In this document: positions 26,160 to 40,736 of the stretch, in pieces | Layout: each line of letters begins with the position of its first letter | Numbering within the stretch: position 1 is the stretch's first letter | Assembly: GCF_006345805.1 (NCBI RefSeq) | Contig: NC_043001.1 | Location: 32,550,001 to 32,614,000 of the forward strand | Source of the DNA: Octopus sinensis | Lineage: Eukaryota | Length of the DNA: 64,000 bases | Direction: 5' to 3' | Translations under genes and position numbers: made by a program | Notes under the pieces: model-generated | What the model was told of the DNA's origin: nothing | The model's input: the letters and a program-made list of their open reading frames with translations, nothing else | Databases searched by the model: none

Positions 26160-26389
26160 GCGGCGAGTTGGCAGAAACGTTAGCACGCCGGGCGAAATGC
26201 TTAGCCGTATTTCGTCTGCCGTTACGTTCTGAATTCAAATTCCGCCGAGGTCAACTTTGCCTTTCATCCTTTCGGGGTCGATAAATTAAGTACCAGTTAC
26301 GCACTGGGGTCGATATAATCGACTTAATACCTATGTCTGTCCTTGTTTGTCCCCTCTATGTTTAGCCCCTTGTGGGCAATAAAGAAATA
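26160..26389 (+). mobile_element. SINE family B, full-length monomer
   Basis: GCGGCGAGTTGGCAGAAACGTTAGCACG head through the AATAAAGAAATA tail. Confidence 0.9.
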
Positions 26390-26681
26390 GATATGTGTGC
26401 TTGTATCGTTCATGTTGTCGTTCAGTCTCAAATCAACTGTCATTGAGGAAACCAATGATCAAAGGTAATCCAGCCGTGACTATCCCGGTCATTTGTGTGG
26501 GTGGGTGGGGGGGGGCATTAGGATTTGACAGAGTTATTCGAGCATTGCACAGAAACTTTGGAGTCTTTGTACCGGTTCTCGTTGCATTGAGTTCAAATCC
26601 CACTAAAATCAGCATGACCTTAAAATAGCACTGCCAAGTGCTGAGAAAATAGGGAATCGTTTCTCTCCCTCATCCCACTCC

Positions 26682-26767
<86 letters not shown>

Positions 26768-27065
26768 ATCGGATACTTTGAACGGAGCACGAAAAAGTCG
26801 TGCAGCAATCCTTTCTCCACCTTTCTGTAAACTTGCTAGAAAGATAACTTCATATATCCTGTATTTAAGACGGCCGTGTGTGATATGAAAATAATTTGAC
26901 CGCTATTTCTAGCATTTCGAATAACCACTTAAAATCACCTTGTTAGTTTATGTGTCTTATTTATGTTAAACATCATTAGTGGATTAAGGAGAGCAGTGTT
27001 TCCCAAAGTCGTTTCTAAGGGACATCAGGGTCCTATGAAAAGTGCTGAAGTTTCACAAGATACAA

Positions 27066-27470
27066 TCTTTATATATAAAAGAGAAGTTGTGTGTCTGTCT
27101 CCTACGATTTAGATTCCTAACTACTCCCACATTTTGCAGTGCAGTTTAATAAAACCAAAACCGGGTATCTTATAGTCGTGATTCATATCGAGCCCTTCTG
27201 GGTATTAGCGCGCGTCTACGATGAGTCTACGATTTAAAAAAAAAAAATTCCCATCATTTTTTTTCATTTTAATGCATTTTTTCGCTATTATATAAGGGAA
27301 GTATCTCTCTAAAAATATCTACGATGAGTCAACGATTAAAAAAAAAATTTACCATAATTTTTTTTCCATTTTAAATGCATTTTTTTGCTATTTTTTGGCT
27401 ATAACTCTCTAAAAATGCTTATATAGTTATTTCCCTTACAAACCCGAGCAACGCCGAGCGATACTGCTAG
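27066..27470 (+). mobile_element. Non-autonomous Helitron
   Basis: A|TC start; subterminal CCCGAGCAACGCCGAG hairpin-like motif; CTAG|T end; internal duplication of about 100 bp. Confidence 0.8.
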
Positions 27471-27529
27471 TATATTATAATAAAAGTTAATAAAATAATT
27501 ATTAGTGATGGAAGCAGCGTTAATATCAT

Positions 27530-28068
27530 TATAACCAACTTAAAGTAGATGTATTGATAGAACACCAAAAACTGCGTTATTTGTGACAAGACCTCTCATG
27601 CATGGTGCATAAAGGTACATATTTATTTCGTTGTCAAAGGAAAATCATCTGCGACGCGTGCCGGCACTGTCCGATCCCGTAATTTCGACGAACCCCCACC
27701 TCTTCAGTGGGAGACGTCCGGTAAGCTGCACGCAATCAAATTTCACTGTCAGCGATATATATAATTCCTGTGACCGTTCAGGGACTGATGTCGCTAATAG
27801 CCAACCAGGCTTATTAAAGTGAAATTCCATATATCGCTGGTAGTGAGATTTTGCAGTATGCGGCTACCGGACGTCTCCCACTGAAGGGACGGAACATATC
27901 GAAATCCTGTGGTCTGGCAGTTCTGGCGCCCGTAGCAGATGATTCCCGTCTACCAGTGATATGAATATGTGTCTTTTTATGCATTATGCATCCATTTGAG
28001 ATGTCTCCTCAAAGTAAATAATGCTGAATTCAGCGCTAGAAGAAAACATCTACGTTAAGGTGGATATA
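27530..28068. mobile_element. Old foldback of about 540 bp with degenerate HHR-like motifs in both arms
   Basis: CTTCAGTGGGAGACGTCCGGTA mirrored by TACCGGACGTCTCCCACTGAAG; CTGAAGG(27881)..GAAA(27901) and the mirror TCTTCAG(27701)..TTTC(27683). Confidence 0.7.
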
Positions 28069-28174
28069 AAGATTGCCTTTTAATAAAAATATTTTTTTAA
28101 TATCTATAAAAATATAAGAGTGACCATTTTCTGAATAACTCTATTGTATATTCTTTATAATGAATGAAATATCG

Positions 28175-28211
<37 letters not shown>

Positions 28212-28213
28212 CT

Positions 28214-28252
<39 letters not shown>

Positions 28253-28597
28253 ACCTCTCTCTTCTGCTCTCTCGCTGATGCAATTTCTATGTGATTTTAT
28301 TTCTTACCCATCTCTTAAGCATGCCTCATTCATATAAACGATGAAGGTAGAATTGTTTGGCTGCCGGACCACTTGGCTACCGGTATTGCTTCCAGTTCTT
28401 TACAATCTGAGCTCAAATTAGTCATAAGTCAATCAATCTTTTCTTATTTTCATCATTTTACCCTAGAAATAAAGACAATAAGGACAAGTTAAGAATCGAT
28501 GGTGATTTCACTGACTTAACCTTCTCCCAAAAACATATCAGGAGTTTTCATTATGTTAAAAATAATATTACTGAAATGATGTTTAATCTGTAAAATA

Positions 28598-29022
28598 GGC
28601 GCAGAAGTGGTTGTGGTAAGTAGCTTGCTTACCAACCACATTGTTTCGGGTTCAGTTCCATTGCGTGGCACCTTGGCCAAGTGTCTTCTACTATAGCCTC
28701 GGGTCGACCAAAGCCTTGTGAGTGGATTTGGTAGACGGAAACTGAAAGAAGCTCGTCGTATATATATATATATATATGTGTGTGTGTTGTGTTGTGGTGT
28801 GTGTGGTGTTGTGTATGTTTGTGCGTCTCTGTTTGTCCCCCCAAGATCGCTTGACAACCGATGCTGGTGTGTTTACCTCCCCATAACTTAGCAGTTCGGC
28901 AAAAAGAGACCGATAAAATAAGTAATAGGCTTACAAAGAATAAGTCCTCGGGTCGATTTGCTCGACTAAAAGGCGGTGCTCCAGCATGGCCACAGTCAAA
29001 TGACTGAAACAAGTAAAAGAGT
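28598..29022 (+). mobile_element. SINE family A
   Basis: Full-length copy. Confidence 0.9.
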
Positions 29023-29328
29023 ATAAGTTATGGTTTCTGTAACTCTTTGAAATTCGTAAAATGGTACCACGAGCATGAGGAATCAGTGCTGTAGAACAAA
29101 AGACAACAGGCTTCGCATGACAGGTTATGTTCCTTTAATCCAAATATCACAGATGTTGATGTTTCTTTCTATCATGTTCTCCAGATAACGACAACGCTAT
29201 TGCCCCACAGCAGGTTGGCTCCTGCGTATTCTTTTGCCCTATTCTTGAGATTAACAACTGTAGATTTCCTTTGAAAGCATATCATAATATAATCCACTCC
29301 TAAAGCATAATGAAGTGCAAGGGTATGG

Positions 29329-29595
29329 TGGAGGCGAGTCGCTTAGTGGTTAGGGGTGTTGGACTCATGATCGTAAGATTGCGGTTTCGATATCTGGACC
29401 GGACAATGCATTGTGTTCTTGAGAAAAACACATCATTTCATGTTGCTCCAGTCCACTCGGCTGGTAAAAATGAGTAATCCTGCGACAGACCGATGTTCTG
29501 TTCAGGTGGAGAATATACGTAGGCCCCATGGAAACCGGAAAACCGGCCCTTATAAGTCTATGTGACTCGGAAGGAAATTTTACTTTACTTTACTT
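29329..29595 (+). mobile_element. SINE family C (diverged)
   Basis: tRNA head, CORE-like domain and (TTTAC)n tail. Confidence 0.8.
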
Positions 29596-29699
29596 ATTAG
29601 GGTATGAAGATATTACAAGTTAGAGGAACAGGCTGAGGTAGTAGACCAAAGAAATATAAGAGCATGAGCAAAGAAAAAAAAATCTATAGAATGGAATTG

Positions 29700-31370
29700 C
29701 TGAGAATAAGGAAGGAATAAGTCAGAATTAAGGGAAATTAGAGAGAGAGAGGGGGAGACAGAGAGACAGACTGACAGACAGAGAGGCAGAGAGAGAGACA
29801 GACAGAGAGAGAGACAGAGAGGGAGAGAGAGACAGACAGACAGACAGACAGAGCGAGAGAGAGACAGACATAGAGAGAGAGTCAGAGAGACAGATAGAGA
29901 GGGGGGAGAGAAAGAAAGAGAGGGGAGAGAGACTGACAAAGACAGAGTCAGACAGACAGACAGACAGACAGACACAGAATGTATGCGTGTGAGTGTATAT
30001 CGGTGTGTTAGTGTGTATGTGTGCGTGAGAGTGAGTGTGTGTGAGTGTCTATGTTTATGCGTGTGTGTGAGTTCGTGTGTGTGTGTGTGTGTGTGTATGT
30101 ATGTGTGTGTGATACAGACAGACAGACAGAGAGTGGGAGAGTAAGAGAAAACAGCAAAAAGGCAATGATAAAATAAAAGAAAAGGAGGAAGAGGGTAGGA
30201 AGAGGGTAGGAAGAGGGTAGGAAGAGGGTGAGAAGGAAACCGAGAGGGAAAGAAAAAGAGGGCAAGACGGAGAAGGAGTCGAGAGAATGAGATAATGTAG
30301 GAAGAAACGAAGGTGGAGGAATTCATGGGGTGTAGTGGGGTGGGCGGAGGAAGGGGGGGGAAGATTAGAAAGGTCAAGAAATTAGGGAGAAAGAAAAAGA
30401 AGGAAAGAAGGAGAGGATAGCACCAAGGCGCGCGCATGTGCGTGCGTGTGTGTGAGTGTGTGTGTGTGTGTGTGTGTATGTGTGTGTGTATTTGTACGTG
30501 TGAGTGTGTGTGTATGTGTGAGTGAGTGTGTGTGTGTGTGAGAGCGTGAGCGTGTGCGCGTGTGTGTGTATGTATGCATGTGTATACGTGTGTGAGTGTG
30601 TGTGTAAATGAATGTGTGTGTGAGTGAGCGTATGTGCGTGAGTTTGTGTGTGAGTGTGTATGTGCGTGAGTTTGTGTGTGAGTGTGTATGTGTGTGTATG
30701 TGAGTATATGGGTGTGTGTGTGTGTGTGCGTGCGTGATAAGTTAGAATATTTTGAGAGGAGACTGTAAAAAAATTGATGGAAGAGAATTAAGAGAGAAAA
30801 AGAAGAAGACGACGACGATGAGGAGAAAGAGAAGGAACGGAACAACGTGGTGGAGGAGAAGGAAGGGGATAACGAGGTGGAGAAGGATGAGATAATGAAG
30901 AGAAGTGAAAAGAGAGATAGGGATGTCAAAGTTGAATAAACAGAGACAAGAGAAACAAAGCGAAAGAAAGCGTGACAGACACAGAGAGGGAGAAAGAGAG
31001 AGAGAAAGAAGGAGGAGGAGAGATAATCATGATGATGATAAAGAAGAAAGAGAAGGAAAGGAGAAGTAATAGTAGTAAAATTAGAAGAAGGAGGAGGAGG
31101 AGGAGAAAGAAAATGAGAAAAAGGAGAGAATGAAGACGGAACAAAAAGTTGAATGAACACAGAGGAGAGGGAGAGAGACAAAGAGAAAAAAGTGAGACAG
31201 AGAGAAAGAGAGAGAAAGAAAGAACGAGGGAGGAGGATGAGGGATAATGATGATGATGATGATGATAAAGAAGAAAGAGAAAGAATGATGAAGTATCATG
31301 AGGAAGAAAGAGGATGAAAGTAGAAGTAATAGTAGTAAAATTAGAAGAAGAAGAAGAAGAAGAAGAAGAA

Positions 31371-31402
<32 letters not shown>

Positions 31403-32500
31403 AGTGGAAACAGGAGGAGGAGGAGGAGAAGAAGAAGAAGAAGAAGAAGAACAAGAACAAGAACAAGAAGAAGGGGAAAAATGAGGAGGAGGGGGAAGAA
31501 GAAAAGGAGAAAGAAAATGAGAAAAGGAGAGAATGAAAGCAGAACAACAAGAGTTGGAAAACGAGAAAAGAAAGCTGTCGAAGTTGAATGAGCAGAGAGA
31601 GAGAGGGAAAGAAAGGGAGAGAAGGAGAGAGAGAGAGAGAGAGAAAGGGGAGGAAGGCGGGAAGAGAGATCGAGAAGGAAGTGGAAGGAAGTAAGGAGTC
31701 CTCCTAATAAGAGGAAATCGTGAAAGAATTTTAAGAAATAAATAAAAGCGTGTAAAAAAAAAAAGAACGAATGAAATAAAATGGAACAAAATATAAAGCG
31801 AAAAAACTAAAAACAAAAGAAAAGTTTTCGTCAGTGAAAGGGCTGTAGAGAAAAAGTATTGAAAAATAAGGGAGTTACAAATATATGAATGAAAAAGATG
31901 GATGATAATTCATAAAAACTAAGCAGCAACGAACGTGTGAGAAAAGTGGGTTTAAATGAAAGCCATAAAAGAGAAACAAGAGAGAGAAAGGGAGAGAGAG
32001 AGTGATAGGAGAGGAAGGAGATGGAGAGAGAGGGAAGTGAGGGGGAGGGAGAGAGGGAAGTGAGGGAGAGAGAGAGTTAGAGAAAGGTAGAAAAAAGGGA
32101 GGTAGGGACTGGGTGTGAGAGCGAGATACAGAAAGATGGTGAGATATCAACCAATGAAATGCTGAGAATATATCGTGCATCAGAAGGCTATGTATATGTG
32201 TGTGTGTGTGTGTGTGTGTGGCTATGCGTGTGTGTTCATGTATATGTATATGTACTTACGCGTGTGCACAGACAGACATACACACATGCACATATCTATA
32301 TATATATATACATACTTAGAAGCATATAAGTTTGTGTGCTTCGATGTACACAGAGAGGGAGGAGAGAGGGAGAAATAGACAGACAGAAAGAAAGAGAGAG
32401 AGAGAGAGAGAGAGAGTGATGGGGGGTGAGGGGGAAGGTGAGAGGGAGTAAGAGAAATGAGATGTGAAGAGACGGAAATAAGCAGGAACTGGTTAAAAAA
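29700..32500. repeat. Purine-rich low-complexity domain ((GA)n, (GACA)n, (TG)n, (GAA)n) with an internal duplication
   Basis: Visible directly; the AGAAGTAATAGTAGTAAAATTAGAAGAAG block occurs at about 31062 and 31322. Confidence 0.9.
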
Positions 32501-32539
32501 ATAAAATTGAAGATTAATTAGTTTGCGAAAGTGTATGCA

Positions 32540-32572
<33 letters not shown>

Positions 32573-32679
32573 TCATATATAATTATATACACATGCATAC
32601 ACATACACGTATGCACATACACGCACACACACATTTATATGTATACAAACACACACTCATTCATATATATATATATATA

Positions 32680-32901
32680 TGGAAAAAAGTCAAGGTAGAA
32701 AATGCTAAAATAATTTTATAAAAAACATTTCAGTACCGGTTTCAGTCATTGAGACTTTTCCAACTGTAAGTATGGAAAACAATTAAATTTCGGAAAAATT
32801 AAAGGAAAAGTTTTTTTCAAAGAATATTTGCATAGTATTAAAATACAAGGGGCCGTTTCCTGGTTTCTGCCTGTCTCTGTCTCTGTTGGGTTCGAGGTCG
32901 T

Positions 32902-32905
<4 letters not shown>
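32680..32905 (-). mobile_element. PLE-like fragment in (TA)n with a variant HHR-like motif (32731-32766)
   Basis: Minus strand CAG-TTGGAAA-AGTC-TCAAT-GACT-GAAAC-CG-GTA-CTG: stems intact, first core box aberrant. Confidence 0.55.
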
Positions 32906-32958
<53 letters not shown>

Positions 32959-33075
32959 GCGTGTATATATACATGTAGAGGTAGGTACGTACATATATGT
33001 ATATATATATGCATATGTTTTATTTATTAATATATTATATGACGGAACGCACGCATCCCTTTCTAAATAAGATTG

Positions 33076-33117
<42 letters not shown>

Positions 33118-33123
33118 TATATA

Positions 33124-33419
33124 TCACGTGATCACGTGACCGACCAGGCCATCAGATGTTGCTACACATCACTTGTCACATTGTTTTAGCCTTCAATGAC
33201 GCCACCCCGCTGGCTAAGCGAGCAGGGCAACAGATGAAAGAATGAGAGAAAGTCGCGGTGAAAGAGTACAGCAGGAATCACCACCATCCTTTGCCGGAGC
33301 CGCGTGGGGCTTTAGGTGTTTTCGCTCAATAAACACTCACAACGCCCGGTCTGGGAATCGAAACCGCGATCCTACGACTGCAAGTCCCTTGCCCTAACCA
33401 CTGGGCCATTGCGCCTCCA
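33124..33419 (-). mobile_element. tRNA-headed SINE (family C-related, different body and tail)
   Basis: Head GTGGAGGCGCAATGGCCCAGTGGTTAGGG...GGTTTCGATTCCC; body shared with 57870-57988. Confidence 0.85.
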
Positions 33420-34128
33420 CGTAGCAGTAGTCAAACCTTGGAGAGGTTGTGTGCATTTGAGCCTTCTTCAGCACTCTCTGTAGGGCTTGGAAGGGCCGGT
33501 ACCCTCACTTGCCGCAGTTAAGTAGAATACTGGAACATCGGCAATCATGGCTAAAACCTTGGATGAATACTGGAATGATTTCCAGGCATGTGGAATTTGA
33601 ACTCTCTACACACTCTCCTTACTGTATTCCGCTCCATTATTCTTTTCCCTTATTGATTTTCGCATGGAAAACTTGTTGAACTCCCAGACATTACATCCTG
33701 ACTCTTTTCGACCTGAGATAGTGTCCCGCCGTGATTATCTTTGCTTTGCAGACGTGGTGGGGGGCGAATACAGACACAAAGACGCAGACACGGTTTTCCT
33801 GTCTACAACGCTTTGGTCGGCCCGTGGCTTTAGTAGAAGACACTAGTCCAAGGTGCCGCGCAATGGGACTGAAGCCGAAACAATGTGTTTGGGAGGTATT
33901 GCTACACCAAGATATATTTTTCTAACCTCCCACATATTGTGCTCTTTATTAATCACCCATTCACCACCCACTCTCTTTCTGTTTAAAGCTGTTTTCTGGA
34001 ACTAATTACGTATCGCTGCCCTCTCTATCTGAACTGGTCTTACCACCTTTATCTCTCTCGCTCTTGACCAGGATGATACATAATGCACCTAAGTTTTTTT
34101 TTTTTTACTTTTGCAGGTAACGCCACCA

Positions 34129-34164
<36 letters not shown>

Positions 34165-35883
34165 TTCTTCGCCTCTCTCTCTCTCTGTTCACCTCTCTCT
34201 TGTTTTAACCTTCTCGATCTGTATTTCTTTAAACTTTCTGCTTTCACTTTTGCTTCCTCAAATCTTCCTTAACTACTTTCTTCTGTTAATTTCTTTTCTT
34301 CCCTTTTCTTCATCTCTTTTTCTTTGTTCTTCTTCCATTCCTCTTTTCCTTCACTTTTTCTTCATTTATTCATTCATCCCGACTCTTCATTTCATATGCT
34401 CTTCTTCACTTTGTCTTTTTTCTCCTTTCCTTTCTTCTTTCTTTCTCTCTTTCTTCTTTCTTTTTTCTTTCTTTCTACCTTACTTTCTTCCTTTCTTCCT
34501 TTCTTCATTTCTGTCTTCCTTTATTTCTTCCTTTCTTATCCTGTCTTACAACAATCCTCTCGCTCCCTATAAAAATCTACCTCTCCTTACGCAGTATTCT
34601 CTTTTATAAAAATGTTAAGCAGTCAATGCCAGTCAAATGCCATGTGCACTAATCTATTTATTTATCTGTCTATTTTTTATATTTGATACACATAAAAAGA
34701 AATATGCGTACTTCACATTCTTAGCGTGGTGTTATTCGCCAAAATTAATCAACAACTATTGAAACAAATTAGCAAATATGTAGGGCTGCGACACAGTCTA
34801 AGAAATGGAAGAAAAACCTAAACTCTGATGCACAATATAAAGAAAATACCATGATATTATCTCACAGAAAACCTTCAATCACAGAAGGTTGTGTTTCAAG
34901 GACTATTTTCCTCTTCAGGCGGTGTAAAAAGCCAGAATCTTTCTCTGGTCAGCATGTCATGATTATTAGGTAATTTTACTGTATTCTACTTAGTTTAATA
35001 ATTAATGTTTTTTGCTCCTTTTGGGCACTAGATACTGTACTATATACATACTTATAGATCTAATATATTTGTGCCACTGGTTAATATCTTGTCACAGTTT
35101 AAGGCATTCATTTTTTATATTGCAATATCTTTTGCTCATCCATTCCTTTCACTTAGAATTATCGTTACCTTTTTCATTTCTCGCTCAGTAATCCTTCTTC
35201 ATTATACAACTTTAGCTATGCAGATTTTATTTGATCTCGTTTGTGCTTCCCGTTTGTGCATGTTCTATGGTAGGGCCCTTTTGTCTGAAACTTCTTGTAA
35301 CAGACATGCTTGTATCTATTTTCAAATATTTCTGTTTTAATTTGAAACATAAATGAATGAAAGTTCAAAATTTGGAAATTATAAACTCCTAATGCATCCT
35401 AGATGTTTTCACACAATCAAATACAAATCCCTCTACCTATTCCAACTTTTAATTCGTTTGACGAATTTCACAAAAAGAAACGTATGACCATGCATCATAA
35501 ATCGTTCTAATATATAATCTGTGTCTGTTTTGTACCTTATTATATCAACTGTTAGACTTATTGTACTATATTTTCCATATATAAATCTAATACTAAAACT
35601 AAGAGTTCGATATAGCGTCGATATGGATGGAAGACATCGTTATCGATATACGCGCAGTTATACGATTAATTCTTGTTTTTTTCTGTCAATTTCTTATGTT
35701 TAGGTCTTTATAAAATGAAGACCTTGACTCATCATCCAATGAAATACGCTAATGTGTAAAGTAGTTGCAATGGGATGCGCAATTGAGCTTACAGATATAC
35801 GTATTTAACGGCGGTCGGCTTCCAGAAAAACGTGTACATTATATAAAGCATAAAATATCGGTAACGTTATCGATGTTCCTTTT

Positions 35884-35936
<53 letters not shown>

Positions 35937-36057
35937 GTGATGTGTGTGTGTGTGTGTGTGCGTGAGAGAGAGAGACGAGTTTGTTTGTGTGTGGGTGCAT
36001 GTGTGTACGAGTGTGTGTGTGCATATAAATACAGAGACAGAAAATAGATAGATAGAA

Positions 36058-36061
36058 AGAT

Positions 36062-36126
<65 letters not shown>

Positions 36127-36135
36127 TAGATAGAG

Positions 36136-36226
<91 letters not shown>

Positions 36227-36252
36227 CAGACAGATCGATAGATAGATAGATA
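36058..36252. repeat. (GATA)n microsatellite
   Basis: Long, near-perfect tetranucleotide tract. Confidence 0.95.
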
Positions 36253-36616
36253 AACAGACAAATAGACATGTGTGCCTGTGTGTTTTCTGTATGTTTATAG
36301 TCAATAACCTGAAAAATATGTACTAGGTAACAGGGTTCATTATAATTAGTCATAGCGAGATATTTCTGAATGAAGAACTCGACAAATATTGATATAATTT
36401 ACGAATAATTAGGTGATACAGCATTTCATCTGCAGTAAACAGAAAGAGTCCAGTTCTAACATAATATAAAAGGGTGTATGATCTTACCACGTGACAAGTA
36501 TATTTATTTATATTTCTAACTATACATACATGCATGCATACATGCATGCATACATACATACATACATACATACATACATACATACATACATACATAATAC
36601 ATACATACATACATAT

Positions 36617-36900
36617 AGGGATAGTTTACGAAAAGAAACAAAAGACGAAGACAGGTGGTGTACAAAACAAACAGACGTATTAGTATAACGCTCAGGAATA
36701 CAAAAAAAGTCTTTTACGTTTCGAGCCTACGCTCTTCTACAGAAAGGAACACAGATAAAAAAAAACAAGGAGAGAAAAAGATGTGTGTAGTGGCTAACGA
36801 TCTATCATGGCGACTGATTTCGGACAGAAGGGTCACACACGAGAGCGAAGAAGTAGGGGAGATAACAAAGTAAAGATGACTCCCCCAACACGAAGGTGCG
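36617..36900 (-). mobile_element. PLE pseudo-LTR-like fragment with a minimal HHR variant (36711-36746)
   Basis: Minus strand CTTT-CTGTAGA-A-GAGC-GTAG-GCTC-GAAAC-GTA-AAAG; abuts (TACA)n. Confidence 0.7.
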
Positions 36901-37018
36901 TGTGTGTATAAGAGAGTATGTATGTGCGTGTGAAAGAGAGCTGGTGGTCTGGACATGTGCGTGTATGTATGTATGTGTAGGTGTGAAAATGTGGGGATGA
37001 GAATTGGTCATATATCTA

Positions 37019-37061
<43 letters not shown>

Positions 37062-37219
37062 GTGTTCTAACATCATTAGGTTGAATGAAATTAAACACAG
37101 ACAGAAAGATGTTACTGATCATGTTAACCCCTTCACAAAATGTAGGGTATAAATTTCTTCTATTTACATATATTGAGGTCTCTTTCTTTCTTTTTTATCT
37201 TACCGTTTTTACCAATGTA

Positions 37220-37305
<86 letters not shown>

Positions 37306-37465
37306 TAATTAAGATTCAGTTGAATTCAGTTGAATTAGGCACAAAGCCAGTCCGGTATTATCAATACAGCTCGAAGTAAAGTGAGTAAAAAGCAGCTCCA
37401 ACATGGCCGCAGTCAAATGACTGAAACAAGTAAAAGAGTAAGTAACAAGGATGTCAAGGTATTAG

Positions 37466-37552
37466 TGCATTACGGCCGTTTCAGGCGGCTTTATTTAATC
37501 GAACAATGCAAGCATTACATCATTTTGAAATACCCCGCCATCTACGAATGTA
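37466..37552 (-). ncRNA. Degenerate HHR-like motif with a long stem II insert
   Basis: Minus strand TACAT-TCGTAGA-T-GGCGG...CCGCC-T-GAAAC-GGCC-GTA-ATGCA; helix III region is palindromic. Confidence 0.45.
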
Positions 37553-37986
37553 TGTGACCATACAGGTTTTCAACATACAATATACTCCATTATAATTTTT
37601 AGCAAATATTCCATCAGGACTATTATTGTGCAGAATGAACTTATGGAGGAAAATACCCTAATTATAATTTGGAGTGGCAGAAGAGAATAACAATGGGGTG
37701 TCATGAGATGGTTATAATAAGCTTCCATTTTTTCTATCTCCTTATCACCATCAAAATGTCTAATGCAGCTAGTATACGACGTCCACCAAGAATTAAAACC
37801 ACTAAGAATTGACAGTTAAGTTCTAGCTGCTGATGATAAATTAATTACTGTCAGATACTCTCCCAAACCCCAAATTTACTATGGCTATAAATTCCCTATG
37901 ACCACATAAATGCACAAACACATATACATACGTACATACACACATATATACATACATACACATGTGTGTGTGTGTGTGTGTGTGTG

Positions 37987-38022
<36 letters not shown>

Positions 38023-38937
38023 GATACGGCGACTTTTCGTGAGGGTGACTCAGACTAATAGGTACGCCCTCTGAGTGCTCAAATAGGGGTGCCACTAAAA
38101 TTCCGGTTGAAATGCAGTCGAAGCTATAATTTTGTGACTGCTTGGTCCGAAGCGGCTAGAAGTGGCTTCCCCTTGAGTCAGTAGGTATAGATTAAAGTAG
38201 ACTAGAAAAGGCAAACAATTTGGTAAGCCTCGGCAAGGACATTTAATTTAGCTATGTAATAAAATGTTTAGATAGTTCCCGACAACTGTTTCTAGGATAT
38301 CCCAGCTGTTGGAATATCGTGTCGAGCGAAGAGTCCATATACTGAGTATACCGTCATCGGAGAGAGAAAATTTAAACATATACAACCGTGGAAGGAAGTT
38401 CCTCATCAATAGTAGTTGTTGTGGTTCATTAAGTCCAGAAAGGAATAAAAATCCAATTAGACGCAGTTAGATCGAGAATTCCTTAGGTAAATCCATGATA
38501 AGAGAGAATGGTTGAATACTTGACGCGAGTATTTGTTCAACTTTGGAACTGAAAGCATCCATTTTCCTTCGCATCTCCAACTACCCGTAATCAATGGAGT
38601 GGAAACTTGTGTAGATCATAATGACTATAAAAATATGCCGTATAAAACTGTAAAAAAGAGGAAATAAATTTTGAGGATGAATGAGTCTCCATGTTCTATA
38701 CCATTATAATTATTGTTAATTATTGTTAATATACACTTAAGGGAAATATTACTGTCTAATGAAGCGAACACAGAATTACCCATCGAAGGAATTTACAGTG
38801 TTAATGACAACTAATAGTAGTCATAGACGTTAAATACTAATTAATGCGATTAGCTGTAAACTGGAACATAACTGAGAGCCACCACGGTATCTGCCTAGAT
38901 GATACATCCCTCCAAACTCACACTATATTTGTATGTA

Positions 38938-38986
<49 letters not shown>

Positions 38987-39090
38987 GGAGAAGCCGTACA
39001 TATACTTACATGTTTACATATATATTAGAAAAAAAATGTTTTGAGGATTTTATACTCGATAAACAAAGTATTTATATTATTATCAAGATA

Positions 39091-39497
39091 GGCGTAGGAG
39101 TGGCTGTGTGGTAAGTAGCTTGCTTACGAACCACATGGTTCTGGGTTCAGTCCCACTGCGTGGCACCTTGGGCAAGTGTCTTCTACTATAGCCTCGGGCC
39201 GACCAAAACCTTGTGAGTGGATTTGGTAGACGGAAACTGAAAGAAGCCCGTCGTATATATGTGTATATATGTATATGTGTGTGTGCGTGTATGTTTGTGT
39301 TTGTCCCCCTAGCATCGCTTGACAACCGATGCTGGTGTGTTTATGTCCCCGTCACTTAGCGGTTCGGCAAAAAGAGACCGATAGAATAAGTACTGGGCTT
39401 ACAAAGAATAAGTCCCGGGGTCGAGTTGCTCGATTAAAGGTGGTGCTCCAGCATGGCCGCAGTCAAATGACTGAAACAAGTAAAAGAGTAAAAGAGT
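39091..39497 (+). mobile_element. SINE family A
   Basis: Full-length, low-divergence copy. Confidence 0.92.
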
Positions 39498-40311
39498 ATA
39501 TGCTACCGGTTTAATGCGTTTAGAAACACGATGTAGTCACGCTGAAATAAAAAGGAATATAAACTGGAATAAATAGAATTAAATTAAATTAAATTAAATT
39601 AAATTAAATTAAATTAATCTTTCATGGTATCACTTCTGGAAAGTTACAAACTTTTCTTGTAAAAAAATCACATGATGTCGAAATTTCGTTTCCTTTTGAT
39701 TGTTGGTGAGTCGTAGTAGAAGCATTCTATCCCTTTTTACTTTATAATACACTAGTTTAAAAGCCGTACTCCATGTGAACTTTTAAGCTGGCTCCAACAG
39801 AGCGCTATTGGGCCTGCAGCCCCAAACTAAGGAAGCTACATTGTATGATTATAATACGTCTATAACGACTATATGCTCCGGTGGTGTTTAATCAGAGGTT
39901 AAAGACGGATGAGAATTAATTCTGTAATGCAATCCTTCTATTGTTTCAATTAGTCCCATTTTGAATTCCAACTGTTGGCCAATTTCGTCCCATAGTTCTT
40001 ATCTTGATGTAAAATTAACGAAGTAAATATATCCCCCTTGATCTCTGACGTCATCTGACGAAAGGCAACTAAGATGGCGTGAATCAACCTAAAACTACCT
40101 GCTAGAAATAGCAGCCCAAATGCTTTTAAATCAGATCCAAATGCTGGAGGTCAAAGAACCAAATGAAGGGCAGATTTTCAATCCTGGGATCAACCTAATT
40201 CCAAAACGGCTTAATATGTCTATTTAGAGCAAATGTAACCTGAGATACAGGGGTCCCAGATGGACAGACAAAATTTCGCTTTTATTAATATGTATGTAGA
40301 TATATATACAT

Positions 40312-40358
<47 letters not shown>

Positions 40359-40628
40359 CATATACATACATACATACATGCAGGCATACATACATACATA
40401 CATACATACATACATACATACATACATACATACATACATACACACCTGCTTGCGTGTACGCATGCATACGACTTACACTTGCATACTGTTCGAATATGCT
40501 GTTAGGTGAAACTTCAAGTCCCAGGCAATGTGACCTTCACTCACTGTATAGTCCAGTTTGTGAATAATAACATCTAAGCGTTCACATACGCTCACACACA
40601 CATACACACACGCGAACCTACACGAGCC

Positions 40629-40659
<31 letters not shown>

Positions 40660-40736
40660 TATCAAGGGCCGAAACGTTTCGTTGTCCTTTAATCCCTTTG
40701 TAACTTGTGTTGCTTAAATTAATCAAATGTATATAT

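Noticed and set aside
34890-34925. HHR-like CTGAAGA-GGA...TCC-TT-GAAAC on the minus strand; similar weak hits near 1990-2010 and 2975-2995
   Set aside because: No UH cleavage triplet or stem I pairing could be established.
39751-40300. Possible minus-strand Helitron (ACTAG at about 39751; TC...ATAAAAG...GTCTGTC-like start near 40299)
   Set aside because: No convincing subterminal hairpin and the interior looks composite.
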